From: Squalus acanthias
Taxonomy: Eukaryota
Direction of reading: 5' to 3'
Length of the DNA: 64,000 bases
Assembly: GCA_030390025.1 (NCBI GenBank)
Contig: CM059432.1
Coordinates: 15,192,001-15,256,000, forward strand
Shown here: positions 49,093-61,270 of the stretch, one piece after another
How positions within the stretch are numbered: position 1 is the stretch's first letter
Layout of the letters: every line of letters begins with the position of its first letter
The notes under the pieces: generated by a model
What the model was told of the DNA's origin: nothing
The model's database searches: none
Seen by the model: the letters and a program-made list of their open reading frames with translations, nothing else
Made by a program: the position numbers and the translations under genes

Positions 49093-51095
49093 CCCCTCTC
49101 AATCTTCTAAACTCCAGTGTGTACATCCCTAAACTACATAGTCTCTCCTCATAGGTCAATCCCGCCATTCCTGGTATCAGCCTGGTGAATCGCCGCTGCA
49201 CCCCCTCCATGGCAAGAACATCTTTCCTCAGATGAGGCGACCAAAACTGTACACAGTACTCGAGGTGTGGTCTCACCAGTGCCCTGTACAGCTGCAGCAA
49301 GGTATCCCTGTTCCTGTATTCCAACCCTTTTGCTATGAAGGCCAGCATACCGTTTGCCTTCTTGACCGCCTGTTGCACCTGCATGCTCGCCTTCAGTGAC
49401 TGGTGTACAAGAACACCCAGGTCTCTCTGTACTTCCCCCTCTCCCAATTTATTGCCATTTAAATAATAATTTGCCCTCCCGTTCCTGCACCCAAGGTGGA
49501 TAACTTCGCACTTGTCCACATTATAGTGCATCTGCCATTTATCCGCCCAATCACCCAGTCTGTCCAAATCGCTCTGGAGCTTCCTGGTCTCCTCCTCTGA
49601 GCCCACCCCCCCTCCTAGTTTAGTGTCGTCTGCAAATTTGGAAATGCTGCATTCGACTCCCTGATCCAGGTCATTAATATAAATTGTGAACAGCTGGGGA
49701 CCCAGGACAGATCCCTGTGGTACCCCACTTGTTACTGCCTGCCATTCAGAAAATGAGCCGTTTATTCCAACTCTCTGTTTTCTATCTGACAGCCAGTTCT
49801 CTATCCACGTCAATACTTTCCCCTTTATCCCATGAGCTTCAATTTTCCATGCTAATCTTTTATGTGGGACCTTATCGAAGGCCTTTTGGAAGTCCAGGTA
49901 CACCACATCTACTGGCTCTCCCCCATCTATTTTACCAGTTACTCCCTCAAAAAATTCCAATAGATTAGTCAAGCACGATTTACCCTTTGTAAATCCATGT
50001 TGACTCTGTCCTATCCTGTCCCCATTTGCTAAGTGCTCGGCTATTTCATCCTTAATGATGGACTCCAGCATTTTGCCCACAACTGATGTAAGGCTTACAG
50101 GTCTGTAATTACCTGCTTTTTCCCTACCCCCCTTTTTGAATAGTGGGGTAACGTTAGCTACCCTCCAATCCATGGGCACTGTTCCCGAGTCTAATGAATT
50201 CTGAAAAATCATGCTTAGTGCATCCGCTATCTCTAGGGCCACCTCCTTCAGTACCCTAGGATGCATGTTATCAGGCCCTGGGGATTTGTCCGCCTTCAAT
50301 CCCTTTAGCTTCCTTAACACCATATCCTTAGAGATATTGATTTGCGTCAGTTCCTCCTTTGCCAATGTCCCTATTTTTCCCGATATCCCAGGGAGGTTTT
50401 TTGTGTCTTCCTTCGTAAAGACTGACCCAAAGTATGCATTTAGTTGGTCTGCCATTTCCTTATTTCCCATTATATATTCCCCCGTATCTGACTGCAATGG
50501 ACCAACTTTGGTTTTCACCAGTCTTTTCCTCTTGATATACTTATAAAAGCTTTTGGAGTTAGTTTTTATATTTTCCGCCAGCTTGCTTTCGTAAGCTATT
50601 TTGCCCTTCTTGATTAAGCCCTTTGCCCTCCTTTGCTCTATCTTAAACTGTTCCCAATCTTCCGCTCTGGCGCGTTTTTTGGCTATTTTATACGCCCTAT
50701 CTTTGGATTTTATGCTGTCTCTAATTTCCCCTGTTATCCACGGTTGAGTCACCTTTTTAGATTTCCTTTTATGCCAGATTGGTATAAACAATTTTTGCAA
50801 TTTTGTCATTCTATCTTTAAATGCTTGCCATTGTTTATCTACCTCCAGTCCTCCCAGGAACGTTGTCCAATCAGACCTACTCAGTTCCCGTCTAATGGCA
50901 TCATAATTCCCCTTGTTTAAATTCAGGACCTGAGTCTCTGAGTCAATTTCTTCGCTCTCCATTTCGAGTGAGAAATCGATCATGTTATGATCGCTCTGAC
51001 CCAAGGGTCCCCGTACAACAAGATTACTAATTAGTCCCTTCTCATTGCACAGTACCCAGTCCAATATAGCCTGTTCCCGAGTTGGTTCCTCTATG
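49093..51095 (-). mobile_element. Internal CR1 ORF2 segment (about 2.0 kb, uninterrupted frame) nested in another CR1
   Basis: ORF 49055-51064 (669 aa) runs from the end of APE (SDHNMI) through RT (KFADDTKL) to LEFRRLRGD; no 3' UTR or tail. Confidence 0.92.
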
Positions 51096-51865
51096 TTTTT
51101 TACTCATTTCCCTAATTTATCTGCATATTTCTTCCTCCACCTCCCTTCCACTATTAGGTGGTCTGTAGACTATGCCTATTAGTGTGATTGATCCTTTATT
51201 ATCTTTTATCTCTATCCATATGGATTTTTCTTCTTTGACTTAGTGCAGAAGCACTGCACTTCTGACATTACGATATACTTTATATCAGTTCTTCGAACCA
51301 TCAAGAGTCAGGGGCTGTGGGAGGAACTTTACGAGGCGCTGTGTCATCAGTGATTGTCTTAACACAAAATCACGATTTTCAGCCTGTTGACGTTAATGGA
51401 TGGACCAATCAGAAGCAATGCGCCACGATTGTCCAATAAGTTGCCAGCTGCACTGGAGGCTCCACCTGTGACGGGCAGCCTTGGAAAATTATGCCCTCTT
51501 TTTCCACACAAGAAGACTTTATTTACCACATCGCCGTTTGTTTCATTACTTTTCTAGCAGCTTCACAATTACTAATGTCGTGTGCATATATTTAGATAGA
51601 GGTGATTGCTCAGCTTGTTCACCATATGTTCCTGTTCTAGGAATCTACACATAAACTAATTGTCTGCTGTATCAAATGGACTGACGGCTCACTGCTCCCA
51701 GTAGCAACTGAGAAAAATGGCCACCTCTACGTGTAAAGTCCAATTGGCAGCTATTCACATATTTCAAGTCAAACAGGGAAAAATACTGACCTGGACCAGT
51801 AGAGGTAATTCTGCTACTGATCAAGTCTACTATCGGACATGACATGGTTACTTCCATTTCCATTT

Positions 51866-54800
51866 TGAAAAGACAGGCAGAATGGAAAAGGAGGGGGAGT
51901 AGCCCTGATAATAAAGGATGACATAAGGACAGTAGCGAGAAAGGATCTCGGCTCGAAGATCAGGAAGTAGAATCAGTATGGGTGGAGATATGGAATAACA
52001 AGGGACAGAAAACACTGGTGGGAGTAGTATATAGGCTCCCTAACAGTAGCTATACCGTTGGACAGAATATTAATCAAAAAATAGTAGGAGCTTGCAACAA
52101 AGGTAATGCAATAATCGTGGGGGACTTTAATCTTCATATAGACTGGACAAATCAAATTGGCAAAGGTAGTCTGGAGGACGTTCATGGAATGCATTCGGGG
52201 CAGTTTCCGAGAACAATATGTCATGGAAGCAACCAGGGAACAGGCAATTTTAGATCTTGTATTGTGTAATGAGACAGGGTTAATTAATAATCTCATAGTA
52301 AAGGATCCTCTGGGGCAGAGTGATCATAATTCGATAGAATTTCACATTAAGTTTGAGAGTGACTTGCCTAAGTCTGAAACTAGAGTCTTAAATTTAAATA
52401 AAGCCAATTACATAGGTATGAGGGGCGAGTTGGCTAAGGTAAATTGGAAAAATATATTAAAAGGTATGGCGGTAGATAAGCAGTGGCTAGCATTTAAAGA
52501 AATATTTCATAATTCTCAACAAAAATACATTCCATTGAGAAACAAAAACTCCACGGGAAAAGTGATCCATCTGTGGCTAACTAAACAAGTTAAGGATAGC
52601 ATTAGATTGAAAGAAGAAGCTTATAATGTTGTGAAGAATAATAGTAAGCCTGAGGATTGAGAGAGTTTCAGAAACCAGCAAAGGATGACCAAAAAATTAA
52701 TAAAAAGGGAAAAAATAGAATATGAGAGAAAACTAGCAAGAAATATAAAAACAGATTGTAAGAGCTTCTACAAGTATGTAAAAAGGAAGAGAGTAGCAAA
52801 AGTAAACATTGGTCCCTTAGAGGCTGAGACAGGAGAAATTATTATGGGGAATAAGGAAATGGCAGAAATGTTAAACAAATATTTTGTATCTGTCTTCACA
52901 ATAGAAGTCACAAAAGGCATATCAAAAATGGTGAGGAACCAAGGGGGAAAAATTCAGTTGGTTGCGCCTCCCGTTAGCGCCTTAAGAGGGCGCTAATGGG
53001 GCGCAAATCATCTAGCGCCCAGGCGCGGCGATGTTTGCGCCGCTCGCGAAATTAACTAGACATTTTGCGGCGGCGTTAAACACTACCGCCACGATCTCCT
53101 GCGCCGGCAGATCGTGACGTCAGTCGAGTGCGCAACGCCCCGGTATCGCCCCAGAGCGGATATTGAGTGGCGCCCCCTGCCTTACCGCCTGACGCTAGCA
53201 ATGACAGGTTGAGGGGAGCGTTTTGCAGTCATGAAGAGACTGGGGGAGCGCTATTTAAAGGCGACCGCTTCCTGCCTTTTATTGTTGGTGCCATTTTTGA
53301 ACCACGCATTCTGAGAGAGAGGGAGAGAGACTTCTGGAGAGATTCAACGCTGTGTGAAGGAGTTTTGGGTACTGAGCAGCACTTTGCAGGTTCATTTTGA
53401 TTTGCCATTCCTTGTATCGATTTAGAAGAGACTGTGGGGGCTGCACTCTGAGCACTTTCCCTGGTACTCTCCATTGTTCTTTCCAGCAGATTTGATGTGC
53501 AGGTCTCTCCAGGCCAAGATTCAAGGCTGCAACGAGCAGGATGTGGATGGAAAGCAAGATCAACCATCCCCTTTAAGAACTGGTCCGTGCCATTGTGTGT
53601 GTGTTCCATTGCTGACTGACATCACATGAGCTTCGCCAGCGCTCTGAGGTAGCGCCTCGCTCCTCGGCCTTTGCGCCTTAAGACAGGTGTGAAGTGCCTG
53701 ATTTAGCGCTCCAATCACCTCCAGGGGCGATAAAAGTCAAGTTTGCAGTCGGTGGCGATAATTAGCGCCAGTCGCTAATCTTTGCGCCCGGCCGATAATT
53801 GCGCCCCAAATGGGGCGATACTGAATTTCTCCCCCCAAGTGTCTAATGAGGGTGAGGAACTTAATGTAATTAATATAAGTAGAGAAAAAGTACTAGGGAA
53901 ACTAATGGGACTAAAAGCCAACAAATCCCCTGAACCTGACGGCCTACATCCTAGGGTTCTAAAAAAGGTGGCTGCAGAGATAGTGGATGCATTGGTTTTG
54001 ATCTTCCAAAATTCCCTAGATTCTAGAGCGGTCCCAGCGGATTGAAAGGTAGCAAATGTAACACCGCTATTCAAGAAAGGAGGGAGAGAGAAAACAGGGA
54101 ACTGCAGACCAGTTAGCCTAACATCAGTCGTTGGGAAAATGCTGGAATCATTGTTAAGGAAGTGGTATCAGGGCACTTAGAAAATCATAACATAGAGTCA
54201 ACATGGTTTTATGAAAGAGAAATCATGTTTGACAAATTTATTAGAGTTTTTTGAGGATGTAACTAACAGGGTAGATAAAGGGGAACCAGTGGATGTAGTA
54301 TATTTGGTTTTCCAAAAGGCATTCGATAAGGTACCACATAAAAGGTTATTACACAAGTTAAGGGCTCATGGGGTTGGGGGTAATGTAGTAGCATGGATAG
54401 AGGATTGGTTAACGGACAGAAAACAGAGAGTAGGGATAAATGGGTCTTTTTCAGGTTGGCAGGCTGTAACTAGTGGGGTACCGCAAGGATCAGTGTTGGG
54501 GCCTCAACTATTTACAATCTATATTAATTACCTAGATAAAGGGACTGAGTGTAATGTATCCATGTTTGCTGATAATACAAAGCTAGGTGGGACAGTAAGC
54601 TGTGAGGAGAACACAAAGAGTCTGCAAAGAGATATAGATAGACTAAGTGAGTGGGCAGTAAGGTGACAGATGGAGTATAATGTTGGAAAAAGATGAGGTT
54701 ATTCACTTTGGTAGGAAGAATAGAATATTTTTTTAAATGGTGAGAAACTTTTAAATGTTGGCATCCAGAGAGATTTGGGTGTCCTCGTGCAAGAAACACA

Positions 54801-55478
54801 GAAAGCTGGCATGCAGATACAGCAAGCAATAAGGAAGGCAAATGGCATGTTGGCCTTTATTGCAAGGGGGTTGGAGTATAAGAGTAAGGAAGTCTTGCTG
54901 CAATTGTACAGGGCCTTGGTGAGACCACACCTGGAGTACTGTGCACAGTTTTGGTCTCCTTATCTAAGGAAGGATATACTTGCCTTGGAGGCGATGCAAC
55001 AAAGGTTCACTAGATTGATTCCTGGGATGAGAGGGCTGTCCTATGATGAGAGATTGTGTAGAATGGGCCTATACTCTCTAGAGTTTAGAAGAATGAGAGG
55101 GGAATCTCATTGAAACGTACAAGATTCTGAAGGGGATTGACAGGGTAGATGCTGAGAGGTTGTTTCCCCTGGCTGGAGGGTCTAGAACTAGAGGGCATAG
55201 TCTCAGGATAAGGGGTAGGCCATTTAAGACCGAGATGAGGAGGAATTTCTTCACTCGATGGGTTGTGAATCTTTGGAATTCTCTACCCCAGAGGGCTGTG
55301 AATGCTGAGTCTGAGATAGATAAATTTTTGGCCTCTAGGGGAATCAAGGGATATGGAGATCGGGCGGGAAAATGGAGTTGAGATCGATGATCAGCCATGA
55401 TCTTATTGAATGGCGGAGCAGGCTCGAGGGGCCATATGGCCTACTCCTGCTCCTATTTCTTATGTACTTATGTTCTTA
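51866..55478 (+). mobile_element. CR1 LINE, 5'-truncated in the endonuclease, interrupted by a MITE
   Basis: [51 protein letters not shown]; tail ttcttatgtacttatgttctta. Confidence 0.95.
52943..53835. mobile_element. Harbinger-type non-autonomous transposon, copy 2 (893 bp)
   Basis: TIRs GGGGGAAAAATTCAGT / ACTGAATTTCTCCCCC; TSD CAA (52940-52942, 53836-53838); CR1 sequence rejoins across it. Confidence 0.92.
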
Positions 55479-56289
55479 TTTTCTATTGACTATAAAAGAT
55501 TTCCCAATGGGTTACATCCAACTAGTTTCACAGCCCTGTTGAGATGTTATCAGTAGTTAGTGATAAATTCCAGTATAAGTACTGACATAATGCTGACGCT
55601 GTTACAGAGATCTGAACATTGAAAATGCCAAAATACTGAGATTTATGCCCTGTAAAATTGGACCTCCAGGATGTGATAGTCAATGGGGGATGTGAACCAA
55701 CACTGCAGAACCGTACAGAATTCAAAGCAGCCTGGATCCATGGCCAAGAGAGCCTTCTATATTTATACTCCAGTTACATTACAGATTTGCTTCCGTTGGC
55801 ACCGCAGGGCAAATTTGGCAACACTGGAACAAGAGCGCATATGTAGAATCATACAGCATAGGAGGCCATTTGGCCCATCCTGCCTGTGCTGGCTCTTTGC
55901 AAGAGCTATCCAATTGGTTCCTCTCCCCTGCTCTCTCACTGCAGCCCTGCAAATGTTTTCCCCTGTACATCTTGAGACTTTATCATTCTGGCCATGGACC
56001 TCCCTCCTTATCTGAGGTTCGTCTGTATGTGGACTTTGCTTCTGGTAATGAACCCCCCACCTGTGGGCACCAATGTCCCCTCTTTAATATCATAGCAAGG
56101 CTTCTGACAACAGAGCTCCCTCTGGGGACAGAACTGTGCAGTGTAAAATGAAATGTGTGTGAAAGATCGCCATACAAAAGCTCAGCAACACAACATACAC
56201 CTTTGCTCTTTGCTAAGTTCCACAGTGAATTAAATTTTCCCACCACTGCATTAATGTTAATACCATTCAAGATGGTACAGAAGCTTCAT

Positions 56290-56995
56290 AGTCAACATTC
56301 AACGGCAGTACCATCGTCGAATCCCTCACCACCAACATCCTGGGGGTCACTGGGACCAGGAGCTTAACTGGACCAGCCACATAAATACTGTGGCTGTAAG
56401 AGCAGGTCAGAGGCTGGGTATTCCGCACCTCCTGACTCCCCAGTGTATTTCCACCACCTACAAGACACAAGTCAGGAGTGTGATGGAATACTCTCCACTT
56501 GCCTGGATGAGTGCAGCTCCAACAACACTCAAAACGCTCGACACCATCCAGGACAAAGCAGCCCGCTTGATCGGCACTCCACCCACCACCTTAAACATCC
56601 ACTCCCTCCACCACTGGCGTACCGTGGCTGCAGTGTGTACCATCTACAAGATGCACTGCAGCAACTCGCCAAGGCTTCTTCAACAGAACCTTCAAAACCC
56701 GTGACCTCTACCACCTAGAAGAACAAGGGCAACAGGCACTTGGGAACACCACCACCTCCAAGTTTCCTTCCAAGTCATACACCATCTTGACTTGGAAATA
56801 TATCACCGTTCCCCAGCGATGATGGGTCAACATCCTGGAACTCCCTCCCTAACAGCAATGTGGGAGTACCTTCACCACACGGATTGCAGCGGTTCAAGAA
56901 GGCGGCTCACCACCACCTTCTCAAGGGCAACTAGGGATGGGCAATAAATGCTGGCCTTGCTAGCGACGCCCACATCCCGTGAATGATTATAAAAA
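56290..56995 (+). mobile_element. Non-LTR retrotransposon 3' fragment (same family as 36972-38146)
   Basis: YKTQVRSVMEYSPLAWMSAAPTTL; ends gacgcccacatcccgtgaatgattataaaaaa. Confidence 0.88.
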
Positions 56996-58077
56996 AGCAC
57001 CAGTGCAGATGCCTGTTCTTAAAGCAGAACCTAAGTTCAACTGCCCACCCTTTAAGTGCTGCTTCCATGGATCTAGTGCTGTAACTCAAGGCATCTGGCA
57101 TACTGGTTGAATAGCAGGGCAGGTCAGCACAATGAGGGACTGCCTGTCCACTGACTAACCTATACACTCTCTGCTCTTGCTGTTGATCAGTAATAAGAGC
57201 AGGCAAAGGAAGTCATTGAACTGAAAATGTAAGATCTCCTGACGGGAAAGGCAGTCCTCAAAAAGATTTGCCTTGTGGAATTGCTTATGCTGCATGTGGA
57301 GAACAATGAATGAATGAAGAAACATTATAAATGGATCTCCAGGTATTCTTAGAGAGCAAAGATAGCACTTTAAAAGTGACAATGAAGAGAGACAGTCACA
57401 TCAATCATCAGTTCCCTTTGGCCGAATGTCAGTGGGGAATTTGTAGGCAAATAATGTGTTTGTATTTTTGAAGAAGTTGAGTACGGGTAAACACTTGTCC
57501 CTGCAGGGGTGGCAGTGCTTTCTGTAAATATTTCTCTTCTTTTATATAAAAAGCGAATTTGCTCAGAGAGCGTGTGTCCAGAAGTGCATTCTGACTGACA
57601 TCAAAAGCACCTTATCATGACAAACAAAGGAACTCACCAATTCCACCTCTCCCTTTGTACAGTGGCACATCTGCAAGCAACTAGCTTGTGCAGAGGCTGG
57701 GCTTTTCATTGGACAAGATATAAAATCAGTCCTTAAAATTTCAAGCCTCAAACTTTTACCAGCTAGTTCTAATGGGCAGAAGAAGAAAACAGCTTGAAAT
57801 CCAAGGGGTAATTTTCTGACTTGGTGCTCCCGGCGGGGAGTCTCGCCAGCTGGGAGCGCGCATTGGAAATGTTGAGTGCCTGCGACATCAATTTAAAGTA
57901 CATCTGGATCTCTGAAACGTGTTCCAACAGGCTGGGATCTGTGCCAGGAGCTCTAAGATGGAAAATTGGGCCCTCCAAATTTACATCGGAAAATGTTGGC
58001 AATGCAGGTCTGCACCCAAAAACATAAACCTATTTTTCCTCTTCCAGCTCCAGGTGCTGCACTTTTGAATAAAATTG

Positions 58078-58310
58078 AAATAGAATTTACAGCGGAATAA
58101 CAGGCCATTCGGCCCAACTGGTCTGGTGTTTATGCTCCACATGAGCCTCGTCCCACCCCGCTTCATATAACCCTATCTGCATATCCTTCTATTCCTCTTC
58201 CCTCACGTGTTTATCTAGCTTCCCCTGAAATGCATCCATGCCATTCGCCTCAACCATTCCTTGTGGTAGCGAGTTCCACATTCTAACCACTCTCTGGGTG
58301 AAGAAGTTTC
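58078..58310 (-). mobile_element. CR1 3' fragment
   Basis: Matches 46420-46640. Confidence 0.75.
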
Positions 58311-59274
58311 TCCGTGCTGCTTAGTTAAACCCACAGGTCGAGGTTTTCCAAAGTAAATGGGCAGAAAGTTGAGAGCACGGAAGCGGAAAACCTTCACCAT
58401 TATATGTCCTGCTGCTGGACCTCAAATGCGGTTTGCAAAAATAAGATTATATTTCTGTCTTGGTTCAGCAGATTTAAGTTGGAGAAAGAAATCTCTGGAT
58501 TGTTCAACTGGTTAAGGTGGTGAGCAGCAGAGCTATACAGACCAGGAAGCTCCAAGGATCGACATCTGGTCCGTACTGAATCGACTGTTCTTAGTAATCG
58601 GTTCACTGCAATTGGTCATAACACCCCTGGGTTTCGTTGGGAAAGCAGGTGAGATCAGGATTAGGCTTAGCGGTGCCGTCCCAATGAATATACCACCCAT
58701 CGTCAATATCTACGCACAGGCAAGAAGAATGGAGTGGAGGCAAGGAGTCAATGCCTTCAACAGAGGAAAAGTGGAAAGGGAAAAAGATGGTAGGAAAAAT
58801 AGGTTAAAAAAGACACACGCAGTCTACTGCACTGTCTAACTATTTCCAGTGATCAAAAGGAGCTGTCTGGTCAGTTCCTTCTATAATTACCAAGTTCACT
58901 GGTAGTCAGAAGCTGATGAACACAAATTAGTACGCTTGTTTGGAACTCCAACTACCCTCACTCAGCAGCAATACGCACAGGCAGCGTGACTCATGCTACC
59001 CGGTCGTACCAGTATTAGCTAGGTGCCTGGCACTGTAGTAGTTGGTGCAGGATATCTGGGTCATAACAGTGCTTCACCCACCACTCCCTCTCTGCGGAGA
59101 ACAATCATTCTCAGCTGCTCTGGATAGTACAGGTATGCCATCACATAGAATTTACAGCACAGAAACAGGCCATTCGGCCCAACTGCTCCATGCTGGTGTT
59201 TATGCTCCACACGAGCCTCCTCCCACCTTACTTCATCTAACCCCATGCTGATGAGATCATACATGCACTGCTGC

Positions 59275-59524
59275 TGGGCAGGATGAGTCACTATTATCCC
59301 TGGTGTCCCGGCCAATATTTAGTACTAAAAATCATCACCACTAAACCAGATTACCTGATCGTTATCTCATTGCTGTTTGTAGGAGCTTGCTGTGCGCAAA
59401 TTGGCTGCCGTGTTTCCTACATTACAGCAGTGACTACACTTCAAAAAAAAGTACTTCATTGGCTGTAAAGTGCTTTAGGACGTCCTGAGGTCATGAAAGG
59501 CGCTATAGAAATGCAATTCTTTTC
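59275..59524 (+). mobile_element. DeuSINE 3' half, adjacent to a minus-strand CR1 tail (about 59143-59245)
   Basis: Collinear with 61030-61270. Confidence 0.8.
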
Positions 59525-60823
59525 TACGACGGCAACTTCCTTTTAACAAGCGAACACACAAACCCATTACTGAATAAAATAACGGCCCCGATTTTAACTC
59601 CAGGCCAGATTTAGGCGGTTGAGCAGTGCTGTGAGTTAGAAACTATCCCGCTGCCCCGAAAATTAAATCCCGCCCGTTGCAGGCAGGACGTCGGCGGACA
59701 CTCGGCGACAGCAGGCAAGTGACGGGGTCGGCTGCCAGGCCTTCTCGCGGGGCACCCTGCAATCAGCCGGGGCTGGGGCTTGGGGGGGGGCGGGTGGCAA
59801 GATCGTGGCCAGGAGGCCAAAGCTTTCCTTACGGCCTCACAAGGAAAGTAAAAGAAAGAATTTAAAGGTAACCTTTCGGGCCTTTTCTGGCCCCGATCCT
59901 CTTCGCTACTGGGTTGGCCTGGCGGAAAACTCACTGCCATGTCCCGCTAGTAAAATTTGCCCAAAACCACGGGATCCTTCTTTGCATATGCACATCATAT
60001 GACACCATTGGGACACGACTGCAATTTTAACCGGTGGCCTGAGTGCTGAGGCTTTCCCACCAAGTAAAGGTAAAGGGAAGAGGACCCGGAGCCAAAAGAG
60101 ATCCGAACAGGTAAGACTTTTAAAAAAAAAAATGTCTTTCCTTTGTGCGGCCAGGAGGAGCAGGAATATTCTTCAGGCCTGGCAAGGAAAGCTTAGGCCT
60201 CCCCTGACTCGGACTCCACTCCCACCCCCCCCCATCCCCGAACCCGAGACAGTCCCAGAAGCCATTGCCGCCAATTGCCCTGTATCGGAGGCTGCCCCAT
60301 TTAATCTCTGTCGCTGTACATTGTAAATCGTGAGCAAATGTCAGTCCCACGGCACAGCATCCCACTCCATGGCACTATAAAGGCACGGTTCATAGGACCT
60401 TCGATATGCTCATGGAAACTGCCTCCCTGACACGAGTACAGGATAGAAATGTTGTGAGAAAGGCCCAACCATAAGAGTAATTAATACAAACAGAAATTAG
60501 AAGTGGCCTTGTTTGAAAGTGACCGAATTTAGTCACCAGGAAACAGGAAATGACTGCACGGTTTCAACTGGCAGCAGATTCCCACAGGAGGTGTGGTATT
60601 TGAACTCTCCTGGTTAAGTAGTTGTAATGCATTTGCATGTTGAACAACATCTCCTTGCATAGACGGGTAGGTTAATTGGTTCAGTGTATGTAGACAACCA
60701 GGCAATCCGAAGATAGATTGAGAGACATTACAGATGTGGGCAGTCAGTTTGAAAGGGTAGCGCAGTACAGTGATTAATCTATCGACAGTGCTAGGTCTGT
60801 AAATGGGTATCTAGTAAATAGAT

Positions 60824-61270
60824 TGTCAGCTGTGGCTCAGTTGGTAGCACACTTGCCTCTGAGTCAGAAGGTTGTGGGTTCAAGTCCCACTGCAGGGACT
60901 TGAGCATATAGAGCTAGGCTAACACTCCAGTGCAGTGTCAGAGGTGCCGTCTTTCGGATGAGGCATTAAACCGAGGCCCCGTCTGCTCTCTCAGGTGGAT
61001 GTAAAAGATCCCAAGGCACTATTTCGAAGAAGAGCAGGGGAGTTATCCCTGCTGTCCCGACCAATATTTATCCCTCAACCAACATAACAAAAACAGATTA
61101 TCTGGTCATTATCACATTGCTGTTTGTGGGAGCTTGCTGTGCGCAAATTGGCTGCCGCGTTTCCCACATTACAACAGTGACTGCACTTCAAAAAAGTACT
61201 TCATTGGCTGTAAAGCGCTTTGAGACGTCCGGGGGCCGTGAAAGGCGCTATATAGATGCAAGTCTTTCTT
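60824..61270 (+). mobile_element. Full-length DeuSINE (SacSINE1-like)
   Basis: A box tggctcagttggtagc, B box gggttcaagtccc, Deu-like core, L2-type tail ggcgctatatagatgcaagtc. Confidence 0.9.

Larger units (their letters stand above)
46388..51235 (-). mobile_element. CR1 LINE (host element) carrying two nested insertions
   Basis: ORF2 pieces 46615-47217, 47292-47594, 47610-47849, 48320-49090 and 51096-51235 are collinear once 48092-48313 and 49093-51095 are removed. Confidence 0.92.

Noticed and set aside
49055..51064. 669-aa ORF as a possible domesticated RT gene
   Set aside because: No ATG start or promoter context, truncated at both ends and nested in a decayed CR1; better explained as a young fragment.
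573..59245. Apparent sense-strand bias of LINEs relative to the host gene
   Set aside because: True by length, but copy counts on the two strands are similar once short tails are included.
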